DNA of 64,000 nucleotides from Candidatus Velthaea sp. (GTDB lineage: Bacteria > Vulcanimicrobiota > Vulcanimicrobiia > Vulcanimicrobiales > Vulcanimicrobiaceae): positions 288,001-352,000 of the forward strand of contig CBDCCS010000022.1 in the NCBI GenBank assembly GCA_965214935.1. The letters run 5' to 3'. A program made the translations under genes and the position numbers. The notes under the pieces were generated by a model. The model had not been told where the DNA came from. It saw nothing but the letters and a program-made list of their open reading frames with translations, and made no database searches. Numbering within the stretch: position 1 is the first letter of the stretch; every line of letters starts with the position of its first letter. Shown here in pieces: positions 8,930-20,902 of the stretch.

Positions 8930-9111
8930 AGCCCGAGCCCGCCACGCCGATTGACTTTGGATGGCGGCCGAGCGAGCGCTTTACGGTTGAAAGATTGCCG
9001 CCTTCGTGCAGGCGACTTTGAGAATCGGCGCTTCCTACCTGTTCTTCACGCACGCAACGGCCGAGCATACCTGTGACTGGCTTTGCGTAGACCGACGTTC
9101 AGGATAAGGAG

Positions 9112-10149
9112 TTGGTTATAGAATCCGACCGAAAGTCGCCCGTGGCGGTGAGTATTCTGTCCTTGAGCTTGCTCTTACCGTTAGCAGCGGCGCTGCCCGG
9201 TCCGGCCGGCGCGATCGTCCACAATGCCGTCGTGCAGATCGAATCAAAGCACGACGTTACGGTCGCGACCGCCGCCACCCCGCAAGCCTTTGCTACGAAC
9301 GCAGCGAGCGACGGCGAGACGGCGACTCGAGTTCAAACCGGTCAACAGCCTGATGCTACGCCGAGCGGCGTGACGCCGGCCGACGGGACGATCGCTCGCG
9401 ATCCGGCCCTCGCGGTTATCGTCCGCGTCGACGGCGTTGGACGAAGCGTGCACATGCGAGACGCGACGGTTCGGATGTTGCTCGCGCGTGAGAACATCGC
9501 CGTCGCCCTTCACGACCGCGTGAAGCCGGCGATCGATTCGGCGCTCGTGGCCGGCAGCACGATCGAAGTGACCCACGTCAAAGCCTGGCTCGAGCGCGTC
9601 CTCACTCGCATCGCACCGCCCGTCGCTCGAAAGTATGACGTCTCGATGCTGCCCGGCACCGCGCGGGTCGTCGACGCCGGAGCCGCCGGAACGCGCGAAT
9701 CGACGGTTGCCGTGCTCCGGTCCGACACGGCCGCTGCGCCCAAACGACTGCTGCTCGCTGCTCGCGTGTTACGGCTGCCGCGCATGCGGATCTTAGCCGA
9801 AGGCGTGGGCGACGGAGTCGTGCTTAGCCGGATCGCACGACGCGGTTTCGTCGGTACGATGAATCTTGCGGACGCCGCGTTGCGAATGATCGCTACGGCA
9901 TACACGGCAAATTGTTCGGGCTGCTCGGGATTGACCGCCTCCGGCCGTCCCGCGGGTCATGGCGTCGTCGCGGTCGATCCGCACATCATTCCGCTGGGTT
10001 CTCACTTGTTTATTCCGGGCTACGGACATGCGTATGCCGGCGACACCGGCGGCGCGATTCACGGAAATCGTATTGATCTCGGATTCGATTCTAATCGCGA
10101 TGCGCGGACGTTCGGACGCCGCCCGATCGTGGTTTACCTTTTTCGCTAA
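9112..10149 (+). CDS. YabE/RpfB-like cell-wall protein (DUF348, G5, 3D domain)
   Basis: N-terminal hydrophobic segment, DUF348-like TVRMLLARENI...DRVKP, G5-like region, 3D domain MIATAYT...VAVDPHIIPLGS...DTGGAIHGNRIDL; upstream of rsmA. Confidence 0.88.
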   Translation: MVIESDRKSPVAVSILSLSLLLPLAAALPGPAGAIVHNAVVQIESKHDVTVATAATPQAFATNAASDGETATRVQTGQQPDATPSGVTPADGTIARDPALAVIVRVDGVGRSVHMRDATVRMLLARENIAVALHDRVKPAIDSALVAGSTIEVTHVKAWLERVLTRIAPPVARKYDVSMLPGTARVVDAGAAGTRESTVAVLRSDTAAAPKRLLLAARVLRLPRMRILAEGVGDGVVLSRIARRGFVGTMNLADAALRMIATAYTANCSGCSGLTASGRPAGHGVVAVDPHIIPLGSHLFIPGYGHAYAGDTGGAIHGNRIDLGFDSNRDARTFGRRPIVVYLFR

Positions 10150-10232
10150 GCGGCGCACGCCGTATCGACGATCGAGACGAACGGGTCGTCCGCGCCGAAC
10201 TCCAGCCGGCGCCGACACATCCGCGAGCACTC

Positions 10233-11033
10233 TTGCAGCAGTATGGTGTCCGACCGAAAAAGCGGCTCGGTCAGCACTTCCTCATGGATGGCGGCGCGGC
10301 GGCGCGGATTGCGAGAAGCGCAGTCGAGACGCCCGGCGAGCACGTCATCGAGATCGGCGCAGGAACCGGCGCGTTAACGCGGGCGCTGCTGGACCGTAGC
10401 GGCAACGTCAGTGCCTTTGATGTCGACCCGGAGATGGTGGCGATTCTGCAAGCGCGCGAAGATTTGCGCGCAGCGACGATCTTCGCCGCCGATGCACTGA
10501 CGTTCGACTACGCCGGCTGGGCGCACACCGAGCCCTGGATTGCGACCGGTAATTTGCCGTATAACATCGCGACGCCGCTGCTCTTGGCGCTCGCGCAGAC
10601 GCCGCACCCGCCGACCCGCATCGTGGCGATGATTCAACGTGATGTCGCCGACCGGCTGACGGCAAAGCCGGGTACGCCCGGGTACGGAAGTTTGACCGTC
10701 GCGATAGGCCTGCGCATGGCCGTCGAACGCGCGTTTAACGTTTCGCCGGCGCAATTCTATCCGCGACCGAAAGTGAACTCAGCAGTAATCGTATTACGGC
10801 CGCATCGCGTTCCGCCGGTTGCCGTCGACGACGTACCGCACTTTGAACGGGTCGTGCGGGGAGCCTTCGCCTACCGCCGAAAGACGCTGGCAAATGCGCT
10901 CGCGCTTTCACTTCCGCTATCACGGGAGCGAATCGCGGATGCGCTACGTGCGTTGAACCTTCGTCCGGAGATACGTGGAGAAGCTCTCGACCTCGCAACC
11001 TTCGCCGCTCTCGCCGACGCTTTGGCCGGCTGA
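10233..11033 (+). CDS. rsmA: 16S rRNA adenine dimethyltransferase (true start may lie upstream)
   Basis: KKRLGQHFL, EIGAGTGALT, GNLPYNI, FYPRPKVNS, FAYRRKTL. Confidence 0.95.
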   Translation: MQQYGVRPKKRLGQHFLMDGGAAARIARSAVETPGEHVIEIGAGTGALTRALLDRSGNVSAFDVDPEMVAILQAREDLRAATIFAADALTFDYAGWAHTEPWIATGNLPYNIATPLLLALAQTPHPPTRIVAMIQRDVADRLTAKPGTPGYGSLTVAIGLRMAVERAFNVSPAQFYPRPKVNSAVIVLRPHRVPPVAVDDVPHFERVVRGAFAYRRKTLANALALSLPLSRERIADALRALNLRPEIRGEALDLATFAALADALAG

Positions 11034-11739
11034 CGCTTTTTCCGCTCGGCGCTGCCTGATCTTCATTGCCGTCCTCTTTGTTGCGCTGGTCTTAGACGTC
11101 GTATTTGCAAGACTTGCCGTCCAAATCGGCGCACCGGCGATGCGTCCGGGAAAGGCGCTACAACTTACGGCCGGCGTTTTGATCGCACAAATCGTCGCGT
11201 ACATTCCACTGCTCGGCGCCGCCTTACCGCTACTACCGTTTGCCGCAAAGCGAAGCTTAGCTCAGATCGGCTTACATGCACCGGCGACGCGCGATCTGCT
11301 AATCGGCGTAATCGGTGCGTTCGTCATGTTCGTCGTTGCGAACGGCGCCGCGAATCTGCAGAAGCACATCTTTCACCTCGAAGGAACGCAAACTGCCGTT
11401 CAACTTTTCGAGACGACGCACGATCGCATACTGATCTACGGTTTGATCGCGCTCGCGGTCGTTTTTGCGCCGTTTGTCGAAGAAGTTATTTTTCGCGGCT
11501 TCGTGTTCAATGCATTGCTGCGCTACGTTCCCTTTAGCGTTGCAGCGGCGATCAGCGGGATGATTTTCGGCTTGGCTCATGCCGACAAAACCGCGTTCTT
11601 TCCACTGGCGTGCGGCGGGTTCGTGCTCGCCTTCGTCTATTACCGAACCGGATCGCTGTTCTCATCGATGCTCACGCATGGGACCTTTAATGCCGTCAAC
11701 GTTGCGCTCGTGCTCGCGACGAGCGGAGGCAAAGGCTAA
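10975..11739 (+). CDS. CPBP (Abi/CAAX) family intramembrane metalloprotease
   Basis: APFVEEVIFRG, FGLAH, HGTFN motifs; multiple TM segments. Confidence 0.9.
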   Translation: MEKLSTSQPSPLSPTLWPADAFSARRCLIFIAVLFVALVLDVVFARLAVQIGAPAMRPGKALQLTAGVLIAQIVAYIPLLGAALPLLPFAAKRSLAQIGLHAPATRDLLIGVIGAFVMFVVANGAANLQKHIFHLEGTQTAVQLFETTHDRILIYGLIALAVVFAPFVEEVIFRGFVFNALLRYVPFSVAAAISGMIFGLAHADKTAFFPLACGGFVLAFVYYRTGSLFSSMLTHGTFNAVNVALVLATSGGKG

Positions 11740-12773
11740 CGCTTCGAATCGCAGTCGATGCGCTCAACCTGCGCGCCGACGAGCGCGGAATGGGCCGTTA
11801 CGTACGTTCGGTGTTGCGGGCGCTGGCAGCCCGGCCCGAGGTCGCGCTAACATTGCTGGTACGCGATACGCAAGCCGCGCCGGACGATTATAAGCTCGTC
11901 GGGCCGGTCGAACTCGCGACGCCGGCTGCCGTCCAGGCTCGTTCGCGTTTCGACGTCGTTTGGTATCCGTGGAACGCAATGCGCTTCAACTCTGCGGCAC
12001 CGTCGGTCGTTACCATCAACGACGACTTCGCTTTCCGATTTCCGGCGCGCGGTACGGTCGCGCGGTGGCGCGAACAACGGCCGATCCGGCGCGCAGCACG
12101 CGCCGCAACGCACGTTCTGACGATCTCGAACTGGTCGTGCAGTGCGTTACGTGCACGCTTCGGCATCGCTGCGGATCGCATTAGCGTCATTCCGCTCGGC
12201 CCCGACGAGTCGTTCACGCCGGGTGTCGAAGCGTCGCCGTTCGGCGAACCGTTCGTCGTCGCCGTCGGCACGGTGGAACGCCGCAAGAATGTCGCTTTCC
12301 TCATCGATGCGTTTCGACGGGCATTTCCCGCCGGCAACGTGCGTTTAGTGCTCGTCGGTCAGCTCGATACGGCTCTGCGGCAGCACGTGCAAACTGCGAG
12401 CTTTCCGCTGAGCGAACAAGTTGCCGTCGATGATGCGTCGCTACGCCGGCTCTACCGTACGGCGGCCGTCGTTGCCGTGCCGTCGCTTGCCGAAGGTTTC
12501 GGGCTAGTGGCGGCCGAGGCGCAGGCGTGCGGTGCTGCGGTCATTGCAGCGCATGCGAGCGCCTTGCCCGAGACGGTCGGGTCGGCAGGCATGTTGCTTG
12601 CACCGACCGATGCGCAAGCCTGGATTCACGCGCTGCAATCGCTTGTGTTCGATCTCCCATTACGCCGCGCGTTTGCCGAGCGAAGTCGTAGCCGCTGGCC
12701 CGCGGGTTCAGCTCAACGGACTGCCGACGCGATTCTCACCGCGCTCCACGGCGCCGTCGACGATCGCGCGTAA
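11736..12773 (+). CDS. Glycosyltransferase family 4
   Basis: GTVERRKN and EGFGLVAAEAQACG. Conserved-looking N-terminus LRIAVDA lies upstream of the first ATG (11790), so the start is inferred near 11736-11742. Confidence 0.85.
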   Translation, partial: LTLRIAVDALNLRADERGMGRYVRSVLRALAARPEVALTLLVRDTQAAPDDYKLVGPVELATPAAVQARSRFDVVWYPWNAMRFNSAAPSVVTINDDFAFRFPARGTVARWREQRPIRRAARAATHVLTISNWSCSALRARFGIAADRISVIPLGPDESFTPGVEASPFGEPFVVAVGTVERRKNVAFLIDAFRRAFPAGNVRLVLVGQLDTALRQHVQTASFPLSEQVAVDDASLRRLYRTAAVVAVPSLAEGFGLVAAEAQACGAAVIAAHASALPETVGSAGMLLAPTDAQAWIHALQSLVFDLPLRRAFAERSRSRWPAGSAQRTADAILTALHGAVDDRA

Positions 12774-13829
12774 CTGCTCGACGAAGCGCGGCGGTGCGAA
12801 GCGCATGGCGTGCGCCCGCAATCGCTCCGGTCGATACAACGCCGGATCGAATGCCCGCAGCGCGGCGGCTAAGGCTGCCGGCGTTGGTTCGTTAAAAAAC
12901 ATCCCGGTCTCGTGCGGCACGATGGTTTCGAGCGCACCGCCCGCTTTCAAGGCGATGGTCGGACGGCCGGCGGCCGCTGCTTCGAGCGGCACGAGACCGA
13001 AATCTTCGACGCCGGGCAGAATCGCCGCCCGCGCGTTTCCAACGATCCGGTTGACCTCGTCGTCCGCTAAGCGCCCGCAAAACGTCGTTCGCGTTCCGGC
13101 GGCGTGCCGGCGTAACATCCGCTCAGCGGGTCCGGCGCCGATTATGCGCAGCGGAACGCCCGTCGATGCGCATGCTTCGATTGCAATCTCAATCGACTTG
13201 TACGTCAGCAGGCGGGAGACGACGACGAAGTAATCGCCGCCGCCCGCGCCGATGGTAAAACGGTCGACATCGACTGGACACGGGAGGACGCTTGCTTCTC
13301 GATGATAGTACTGCTGGACGCGCCGCGCGACATTGTGTGAATTCGCGACGAAGAGCGTCGGACGTTGCGCGGCCCGGCGATCCCAATCGACGAGCGACGC
13401 AACGAGCGGCTGCGCCAACCGGGCAACGCCGAAGCCGCCGAGGTAGCGGTCGTAGTCGAACGTGAACCGGCTGACGGTATTGATGTAGCAGATGTGCAGC
13501 GCACCGGGCCGGACGATGACGCCTTTGGCCCAGGCCGTCGTCGAGCTGATAACGAGGTCGTAAGCCGATAGATCGAAGCTTTCGAACGCCCGCGGATACA
13601 GTGGCGCGAGCGCGCGAAAGTATCGCTCGCGCAGTGGAAAGCGCTGCAGAAACGACGTGTGCACGCGAGCCGGTTCGATGAGTCCGCCAAGCTCGCGCGC
13701 ATTGAAAATCGACGTATAGATCGGCGCAGCGGAATACGCTTTGGCGATGTGAGCGAAGACGCGCTCCGCACCGCCGCATTGATTGAGGTAGTCGTGAACC
13801 AGCGCAATGCTCAACGCCGGTCGCATCAC
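12708..13829 (-). CDS. Glycosyltransferase family 4 (WbaZ-like)
   Basis: ALVHDYLNQCGGAERV, YDLVISS, EDFGLVPLEAAAAG. Confidence 0.9.
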   Translation of the reverse strand: MMRPALSIALVHDYLNQCGGAERVFAHIAKAYSAAPIYTSIFNARELGGLIEPARVHTSFLQRFPLRERYFRALAPLYPRAFESFDLSAYDLVISSTTAWAKGVIVRPGALHICYINTVSRFTFDYDRYLGGFGVARLAQPLVASLVDWDRRAAQRPTLFVANSHNVARRVQQYYHREASVLPCPVDVDRFTIGAGGGDYFVVVSRLLTYKSIEIAIEACASTGVPLRIIGAGPAERMLRRHAAGTRTTFCGRLADDEVNRIVGNARAAILPGVEDFGLVPLEAAAAGRPTIALKAGGALETIVPHETGMFFNEPTPAALAAALRAFDPALYRPERLRAHAMRFAPPRFVEQLRAIVDGAVERGENRVGSPLS

Positions 13830-13851
13830 GCCCTGGAGCGCCGGTTCACGC

Positions 13852-15144
13852 TCAACCGTTGGTTTGAGATTTATCTCGCGGCACGATCAGTGCAACGGTG
13901 AACTTGCGCAGATACGCTTGGGCGACGCGGACGATGTCGCCCGAGCTCGTCGCATCGATCGCCGCAAGTGCCGTCTGTGCGTAATCCGGGTCGACACCTT
14001 GTTCGACGAAATTTCCGATCGACCACGCACGGTCGGCGAGCGAGATGGACTCGGTCTCCCACTGGCCGTGCGCGCTAGCCTTGTAGCGCTTGAGCAAAAC
14101 GGGCGTCAACGCTTTGCCCGCAATATCTTTGAGCACTTCATCCACACTGCCCAAACCCGCGGTTGCTTCAACTTGCTGACCGTTGATATACAGCGTCAAG
14201 AGGGCCGGTTTCGAATCATAATCGTACGTCACGCCGACGGTGCGGGCGTACGCCGGCAACGTCGTCGCGCTTTGCCGGTCGAACACATCGGAGAGCAGCG
14301 AGCGCAAGACGAGCATCGCTCCAAAATCTTTATCGCCCGCAGCCGGCGCCGCAAAGCCGAGCATCACATAGGGTACACCGATGTCGCGCTGCGTGACGAT
14401 TCGTTTGGGCGTCGTCGCAAAGGCGCGCGTTTTCGTAACCACCGCCGCATCGGTCGTGTCCGGCAACGCTCGCACGAGCGCGCGGCCCGCCGCTTCAACC
14501 GGTGCGGTCACCCGCCCGACCGCCGTCACGATCGCGTTTCCGCGCCCGTAATGCGCGCTGATGAACGTCTTGACGTCGGTTGCGGTGAAACCGGCAACCG
14601 TCGCGGTCGTGCCGTTCGTCGGCAGACCGGCTGCGCCGTCGTAATACGACTGCCGGATCATCGCCGTCCCGACCGCAACGGGATTGTTCGCGTCGTCGGC
14701 AATGCGATCGACGAGTGCTGCTCGGGCGGCGCTCAACATCGCGGGCGTAATAGTCGGCGTTCCAAGCCCTTTGGCAAGCAACGTTGCAAGACTTCCGATC
14801 GCGTTCGGCGGCGCCTCGAGATAAAAACGAACGTATTGCGGCCCGATCACATACGCAAGCGATCCGCCGCGGGCCGCGACGGCATCGACAAGCGGCATAT
14901 CCCCGACCGGCGATTGCAAGATCGTTTGCGCGCTCAACGCGGCTAAGCCGCTCTGCTGCTCGGTCTCCCGGTCGAGACCCGCGCTGAGATACAACTGCAA
15001 GCCGGCAAGCATCGACGTTTGGTCCGAGTTCACGTATAGCTTCGCCGAACCGATATCGAACGCCGTCGTTTTCGCCGGAGCAGCGGCAGCGGCGCCCAAG
15101 GCAAGACTTAAAACGGCCGCAGTCGCGGCGCTGCGAAGCATCAT
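13852..15144 (-). CDS. Secreted M16 (insulinase/pitrilysin) family protein, lacks HXXEH
   Basis: Signal peptide; AGLDRE...SGLAALSAQ, VKTFISAHYGRGNAIVTAVG, IDATSSGDIVRVAQAYL M16 features. Confidence 0.75.
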   Translation of the reverse strand: MMLRSAATAAVLSLALGAAAAAPAKTTAFDIGSAKLYVNSDQTSMLAGLQLYLSAGLDRETEQQSGLAALSAQTILQSPVGDMPLVDAVAARGGSLAYVIGPQYVRFYLEAPPNAIGSLATLLAKGLGTPTITPAMLSAARAALVDRIADDANNPVAVGTAMIRQSYYDGAAGLPTNGTTATVAGFTATDVKTFISAHYGRGNAIVTAVGRVTAPVEAAGRALVRALPDTTDAAVVTKTRAFATTPKRIVTQRDIGVPYVMLGFAAPAAGDKDFGAMLVLRSLLSDVFDRQSATTLPAYARTVGVTYDYDSKPALLTLYINGQQVEATAGLGSVDEVLKDIAGKALTPVLLKRYKASAHGQWETESISLADRAWSIGNFVEQGVDPDYAQTALAAIDATSSGDIVRVAQAYLRKFTVALIVPRDKSQTNG

Positions 15145-16462
15145 TTCGCTTTTTCCGATCGCCTCGAATCGACGGCAATGACGGCACCGGGCCGGCTGAG
15201 ATATTTCTCAACGGTCGCGGCAACGAATGCCGGCGTCAACGCGCCGGCCGCGGTAAAGTAGCGACCCGTAGCGCCGCCCGCACCTGGAGCATAGCTGGGA
15301 TTGCCTTCTACGGTATACCACCCGAGCGTATCCGCCAAGCCGCCCGGCGTCTGGATATCGCTCAAAATGTGGTAACGGAATGCATCGCGAGCCGCATTGA
15401 AGGTCGCCCGGTCGAGCGGTTTACGAGCCCCGGCAAGCGCATCGTCCACCATACGCCGCGACGCCGATACGTCGCCACCGGAAATTGTAACGAGCACGAC
15501 GCCCGGATCGTGATAGGTGACGAACTTGCCGCTGATGGTCGATTTTGTTGCAGCAACCGCACGCTGCACGGTTCCGGTGTCGGCGCGAAAAAGATAATCG
15601 GTGATGAAGTCGAGCGCCGTCGCCTCGCGCTCGTTGCTAATCGCAGGACCGGCCCAGCCTAAGCCTTGGCCGGGCTCGGCACCCGATGTCATGACCGGTG
15701 CCGGCTGGACAGCTTCGCGCGTACTTAGCGGCGGTTCGGAACGTGGTGCGGCGTCGGTCCGGCCGGGCACAGCCGTTGCCACGATCCCGGCATCGACGGC
15801 GCCGGTTACGACGAGCACGGCGTTCGCCGGCCGAAACGCACGCTGCGCAAAGTCTTTCACTTGCGCGAGCGTTATCTTCGCAACGTCGCTCGACTCACCG
15901 AGCGTCGGATACCGCGCCGGACCGTCGTGCAGCAACGATGCGATCAACGCATCATCGATCGACTCCTCGGCATTGAATTGACGGTAGAATGCAACTTCCG
16001 CGACGTCGCGCTGAGCGACCTTGAGGCCTTCGGCCGTAACGACCGGAGCGAAAAACGATACCGTCATTGCATGCACGACATCAGCGGCATTCTCGGCCGG
16101 TACGAGCGTCGAGATCGCGACGCTATCGGGATACGTACTAATTGCGATCTTGCCGCCTAATTCGGCGATATACCGGCCCAGGGGCGTACCGGTGATCGGC
16201 GCCGACCCGGCAACCGTTGCGGCTGCCAAGTGGCCCAAACTAGGCACGCCGGCGGCCTCGAAGCCGCTTGAAGGCGCCCGGTACCAGAGTGCGATTGCCG
16301 CAACGGGCGCTGCATCGGTGTGGCTGACGACGTATTGTCCGCCGCCGGGCAGCATACCGTTGCTGATATTACTCGCCGGCGGCGGCGCTGCTGCACCGGC
16401 CGCGCAGTGACCGGAGAAGACGAAGGCCGCGGCAAGCGCGACCTTCGAGACGAAACGACCGG

Positions 16463-16466
<4 letters not shown>
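15141..16466 (-). CDS. Secreted M16 family protein, lacks HXXEH
   Basis: Signal peptide; APVAAIALWYRA, LGHLAAAT in place of AHxxEH, ITLAQVKDFAQRAFRPANAVLVVTGAVD. Confidence 0.75.
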
Positions 16467-18379
<1,913 letters not shown>

Positions 18380-18499
18380 GTACTGTAGTCGTGGCTCCCT
18401 ACGCCGGCCCGATACGAGGACGAATCCCCCGACCGGTTACCATCAACACGTTAGAACGTTTCTCCTCGAAACACGTTTCGCCGCTCGAGCGTTCCGCTT

Positions 18500-19072
18500 C
18501 TACCGCGCAACGGCTTCGAGCGGGGTGAAGATCTCCGAACGGAGCTTCGCCACGTAGGGAAGAGTCCGATAGCGTTCCTGATAGTCGAGTCCGTACCCTA
18601 CGACGAACTCGTCCGGACACGTCATTCCAACGTACTGTACGGGCACATCGATCTGCCGATTGTAAGGTTTATCTAACAGAACCGCGGCGCGTAGCGAAGC
18701 CGGCGCACGGCCGGCCAGTAGCGTCATAAGGTATTTGAGCGTCAAGCCGTTGTCGACAATATCCTCGACGATTAGTACGTGTTTACCCTCGATACTGTGA
18801 CTGGTGTCCTGCACGAGCCGGACTTCACCCGAGCTGCGATGCGCGTTGCCGTAACTCGAGACGGCCAAAAAATCCAGCCGCACTTCGGTTCCGCTCGTAA
18901 CGACGCCGTCCAATGCACGCGCCAAGTCGGCCGTCACGAACAACGCCCCCTTGAGTACGCCGAGCAGCACCACGCTCTTTCCGGCGTAGTCGGCAGCGAT
19001 CTCCGTGGCCATGCGGCGTATCGTGCCGGCGATATATTCAGGCGTAAAAATCACCGACTCAATGTCGTTCAT
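18500..19072 (-). CDS. hpt: Hypoxanthine phosphoribosyltransferase
   Basis: GVLKGA, VSSYG, LIVEDIVDNGLTL, FVVGYGLDY; start ATG 19072. Confidence 0.95.
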   Translation of the reverse strand: MNDIESVIFTPEYIAGTIRRMATEIAADYAGKSVVLLGVLKGALFVTADLARALDGVVTSGTEVRLDFLAVSSYGNAHRSSGEVRLVQDTSHSIEGKHVLIVEDIVDNGLTLKYLMTLLAGRAPASLRAAVLLDKPYNRQIDVPVQYVGMTCPDEFVVGYGLDYQERYRTLPYVAKLRSEIFTPLEAVAR

Positions 19073-19931
19073 GCAACTCTCCGGCTTGCAGTTCGAGGCC
19101 TCGTTTGACGAACACGCGGCGCTGCGGCCGCGCATCGAGGACCGCTTCAATGCGCTCGAACGGAATATCATGCAATTCGCCGCGCCCATCGAGCAGTTGA
19201 CGCAGGCGACGGCGCGCGGCAACCCGCTCGCCGCCGGCCAGTTCGGCCCGAACGATGTCGGCGCACCGGGCCACGGAGCGGTCGAGTTGCGGAAACTCCG
19301 GCCGTAGAGCCGCCAATGCCGCCCGGACGGCGTTGCGCCGGTAGCGCCGATCGGCGTTGGACGGGTCGAGTGCGTATGGCAACGCGCTACGCCGCAGCTC
19401 GGCAAGCAAATCGGCGTGCGTCGCCCGCAGCAACGGGCGTGCCAGCCGCACTCCGCCGCCCGGCAGCGTGCGCAACGGCGCCATCCCGGTCAAGCCGGCA
19501 ACGCCGGTGCCGCGAAAGAGCGCGAGCAAAACGGTCTCCGTTTGATCTTGGGCGGTATGGGCGGTCGCCAGCGTGTGCGCTCCGGCGGCAGTTGCAATTT
19601 GCTCGAGCGCCGCATAGCGCGCGGCACGCAGGGTGGCTTCATCGGCGGCACCCGGCACCGGTGCGGCGATTTCGACCCGGCGGCCGAGTCGCGCCGCGAC
19701 TGCGAGCACCACGCATTCGTCCTGACCGGACGACGCGCGAATTCCATGGTTGACGTGCGCGAGGATCAGCTCGAAGCCGTCGCTGCGTGCAAGCCGGTCC
19801 AAAACGCAAGCCAGCGCCACCGAATCCGGTCCGCCGCTGCATGCCGATACGAGGCGCTCGCCGGGCCCGGGCAACACACCGGAGCGCCGCACGAGCGCGT
19901 CCAGCGCGCGTTCGGGTCTAGCGCCGCGCAA
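19059..19931 (-). CDS. tilS: tRNA(Ile)-lysidine synthetase (short form)
   Basis: SGGPDS PP-loop, HVNHG, TAHTAQDQTET, RPLL, DPSN, RRNAVR; tilS-hpt-ftsH order. Confidence 0.92.
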   Translation of the reverse strand: MRGARPERALDALVRRSGVLPGPGERLVSACSGGPDSVALACVLDRLARSDGFELILAHVNHGIRASSGQDECVVLAVAARLGRRVEIAAPVPGAADEATLRAARYAALEQIATAAGAHTLATAHTAQDQTETVLLALFRGTGVAGLTGMAPLRTLPGGGVRLARPLLRATHADLLAELRRSALPYALDPSNADRRYRRNAVRAALAALRPEFPQLDRSVARCADIVRAELAGGERVAARRRLRQLLDGRGELHDIPFERIEAVLDARPQRRVFVKRGLELQAGELHERH

Positions 19932-20434
19932 CGCGCTCGAGTTCGCGCTTGACGTCGCGCTCCGCTTCGGTCCGCCGCTTATCCCACGTTTTCTTACCGC
20001 GGGCCAATCCGATAAGAATCTTAACGACGCCCGGTTTGAGACCGGGCGTACCGGGGCTCGGTGAAAAACATCCGTAGCGGAATGAGCGTCAGGCCTTTTT
20101 CGGAAAGCCGCGCTGCAAAACTTTCGATCTGCGCGCGATGCATGAGCAGCTTGCGCGGCCGGCCCGGCTCGTGGTTCGAGAAGCTGCCCTCTTTGTACGT
20201 CGGGATGGTCATCGAGATGAGCCAGGCCTCACCCTCGCGGATTCGCACGTAGGCTTCGTTGATCGAGGCGCCGCCGCCGGTTCGCAACGATTTGATCTCC
20301 GTGCCGGCAAGCGCGATTCCGGCAACGACGGTTTCCGCAATCTCGTACTCGTAGCGCGCGCGCCGATTTTCGAGAATCGGCGAGCGAACCGGAGCCTCGC
20401 GAGCCGCGACTCGGGCCGCCTTCATCTTTGCCAT
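19918..20434 (-). CDS. smpB: SsrA-binding protein (one frameshift near 20045, probably a sequencing error)
   Basis: NRRARYEY, GTEIKSLR, RKLLMHR; the C-terminus VVKILIGLARGKKTWDKRR...RELERVARR* is in another frame. Confidence 0.92.
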
Positions 20435-20440
20435 CGCGGA

Positions 20441-20902
20441 TTAAACCATTTCGCTCGTAACGGAGTTGCCGCGCCGGTTCGGGTCGAGCGGACCCGTACT
20501 GACGAATGAGCCCTCGGCGGTCGCTAAGGTCGCGCCCGCCGCATCGCTTATGACGCCCGACACTTTGACGATGCTACCGCGCTTCGACACCACCCGGCCG
20601 GCGAGCGAGAGCGGGACGCCCAGTGGTACCGGCGCGCGGAATCGCACGGCGACGGCAGCCGTGACGACCTTCTCGCCGGCGGCGGCCCCCGCGTGAGCCA
20701 TCACTTCGTCGAGCAGCAACATGACCATACCGCCATGTGCGATGCCGCGATAGCCTTGATATTTCGCATCGAGCGTGACCTGAGCTGACGCCGTTCCGTC
20801 GGCCAAGCGCGTGAAAACCAGCGCAAGTCCGTCGGCATTGCGCGAGCCACAGGCGAAACACGCGTCATCGTCGACCGGAAGCACGGCGTCGGGCGATTGC
20901 AT
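20441..20902 (-). CDS. PaaI family (hot-dog fold) thioesterase
   Basis: CFACG..N..GL, GIAHGG...LLDEVM. Confidence 0.88.
   Translation of the reverse strand: MQSPDAVLPVDDDACFACGSRNADGLALVFTRLADGTASAQVTLDAKYQGYRGIAHGGMVMLLLDEVMAHAGAAAGEKVVTAAVAVRFRAPVPLGVPLSLAGRVVSKRGSIVKVSGVISDAAGATLATAEGSFVSTGPLDPNRRGNSVTSEMV

Noticed and set aside
13807..14946. 379-aa plus-strand ORF and many similar Arg-rich shadow ORFs
   Set aside because: Antisense to well-supported genes, no motifs, typical of high-GC sequence.
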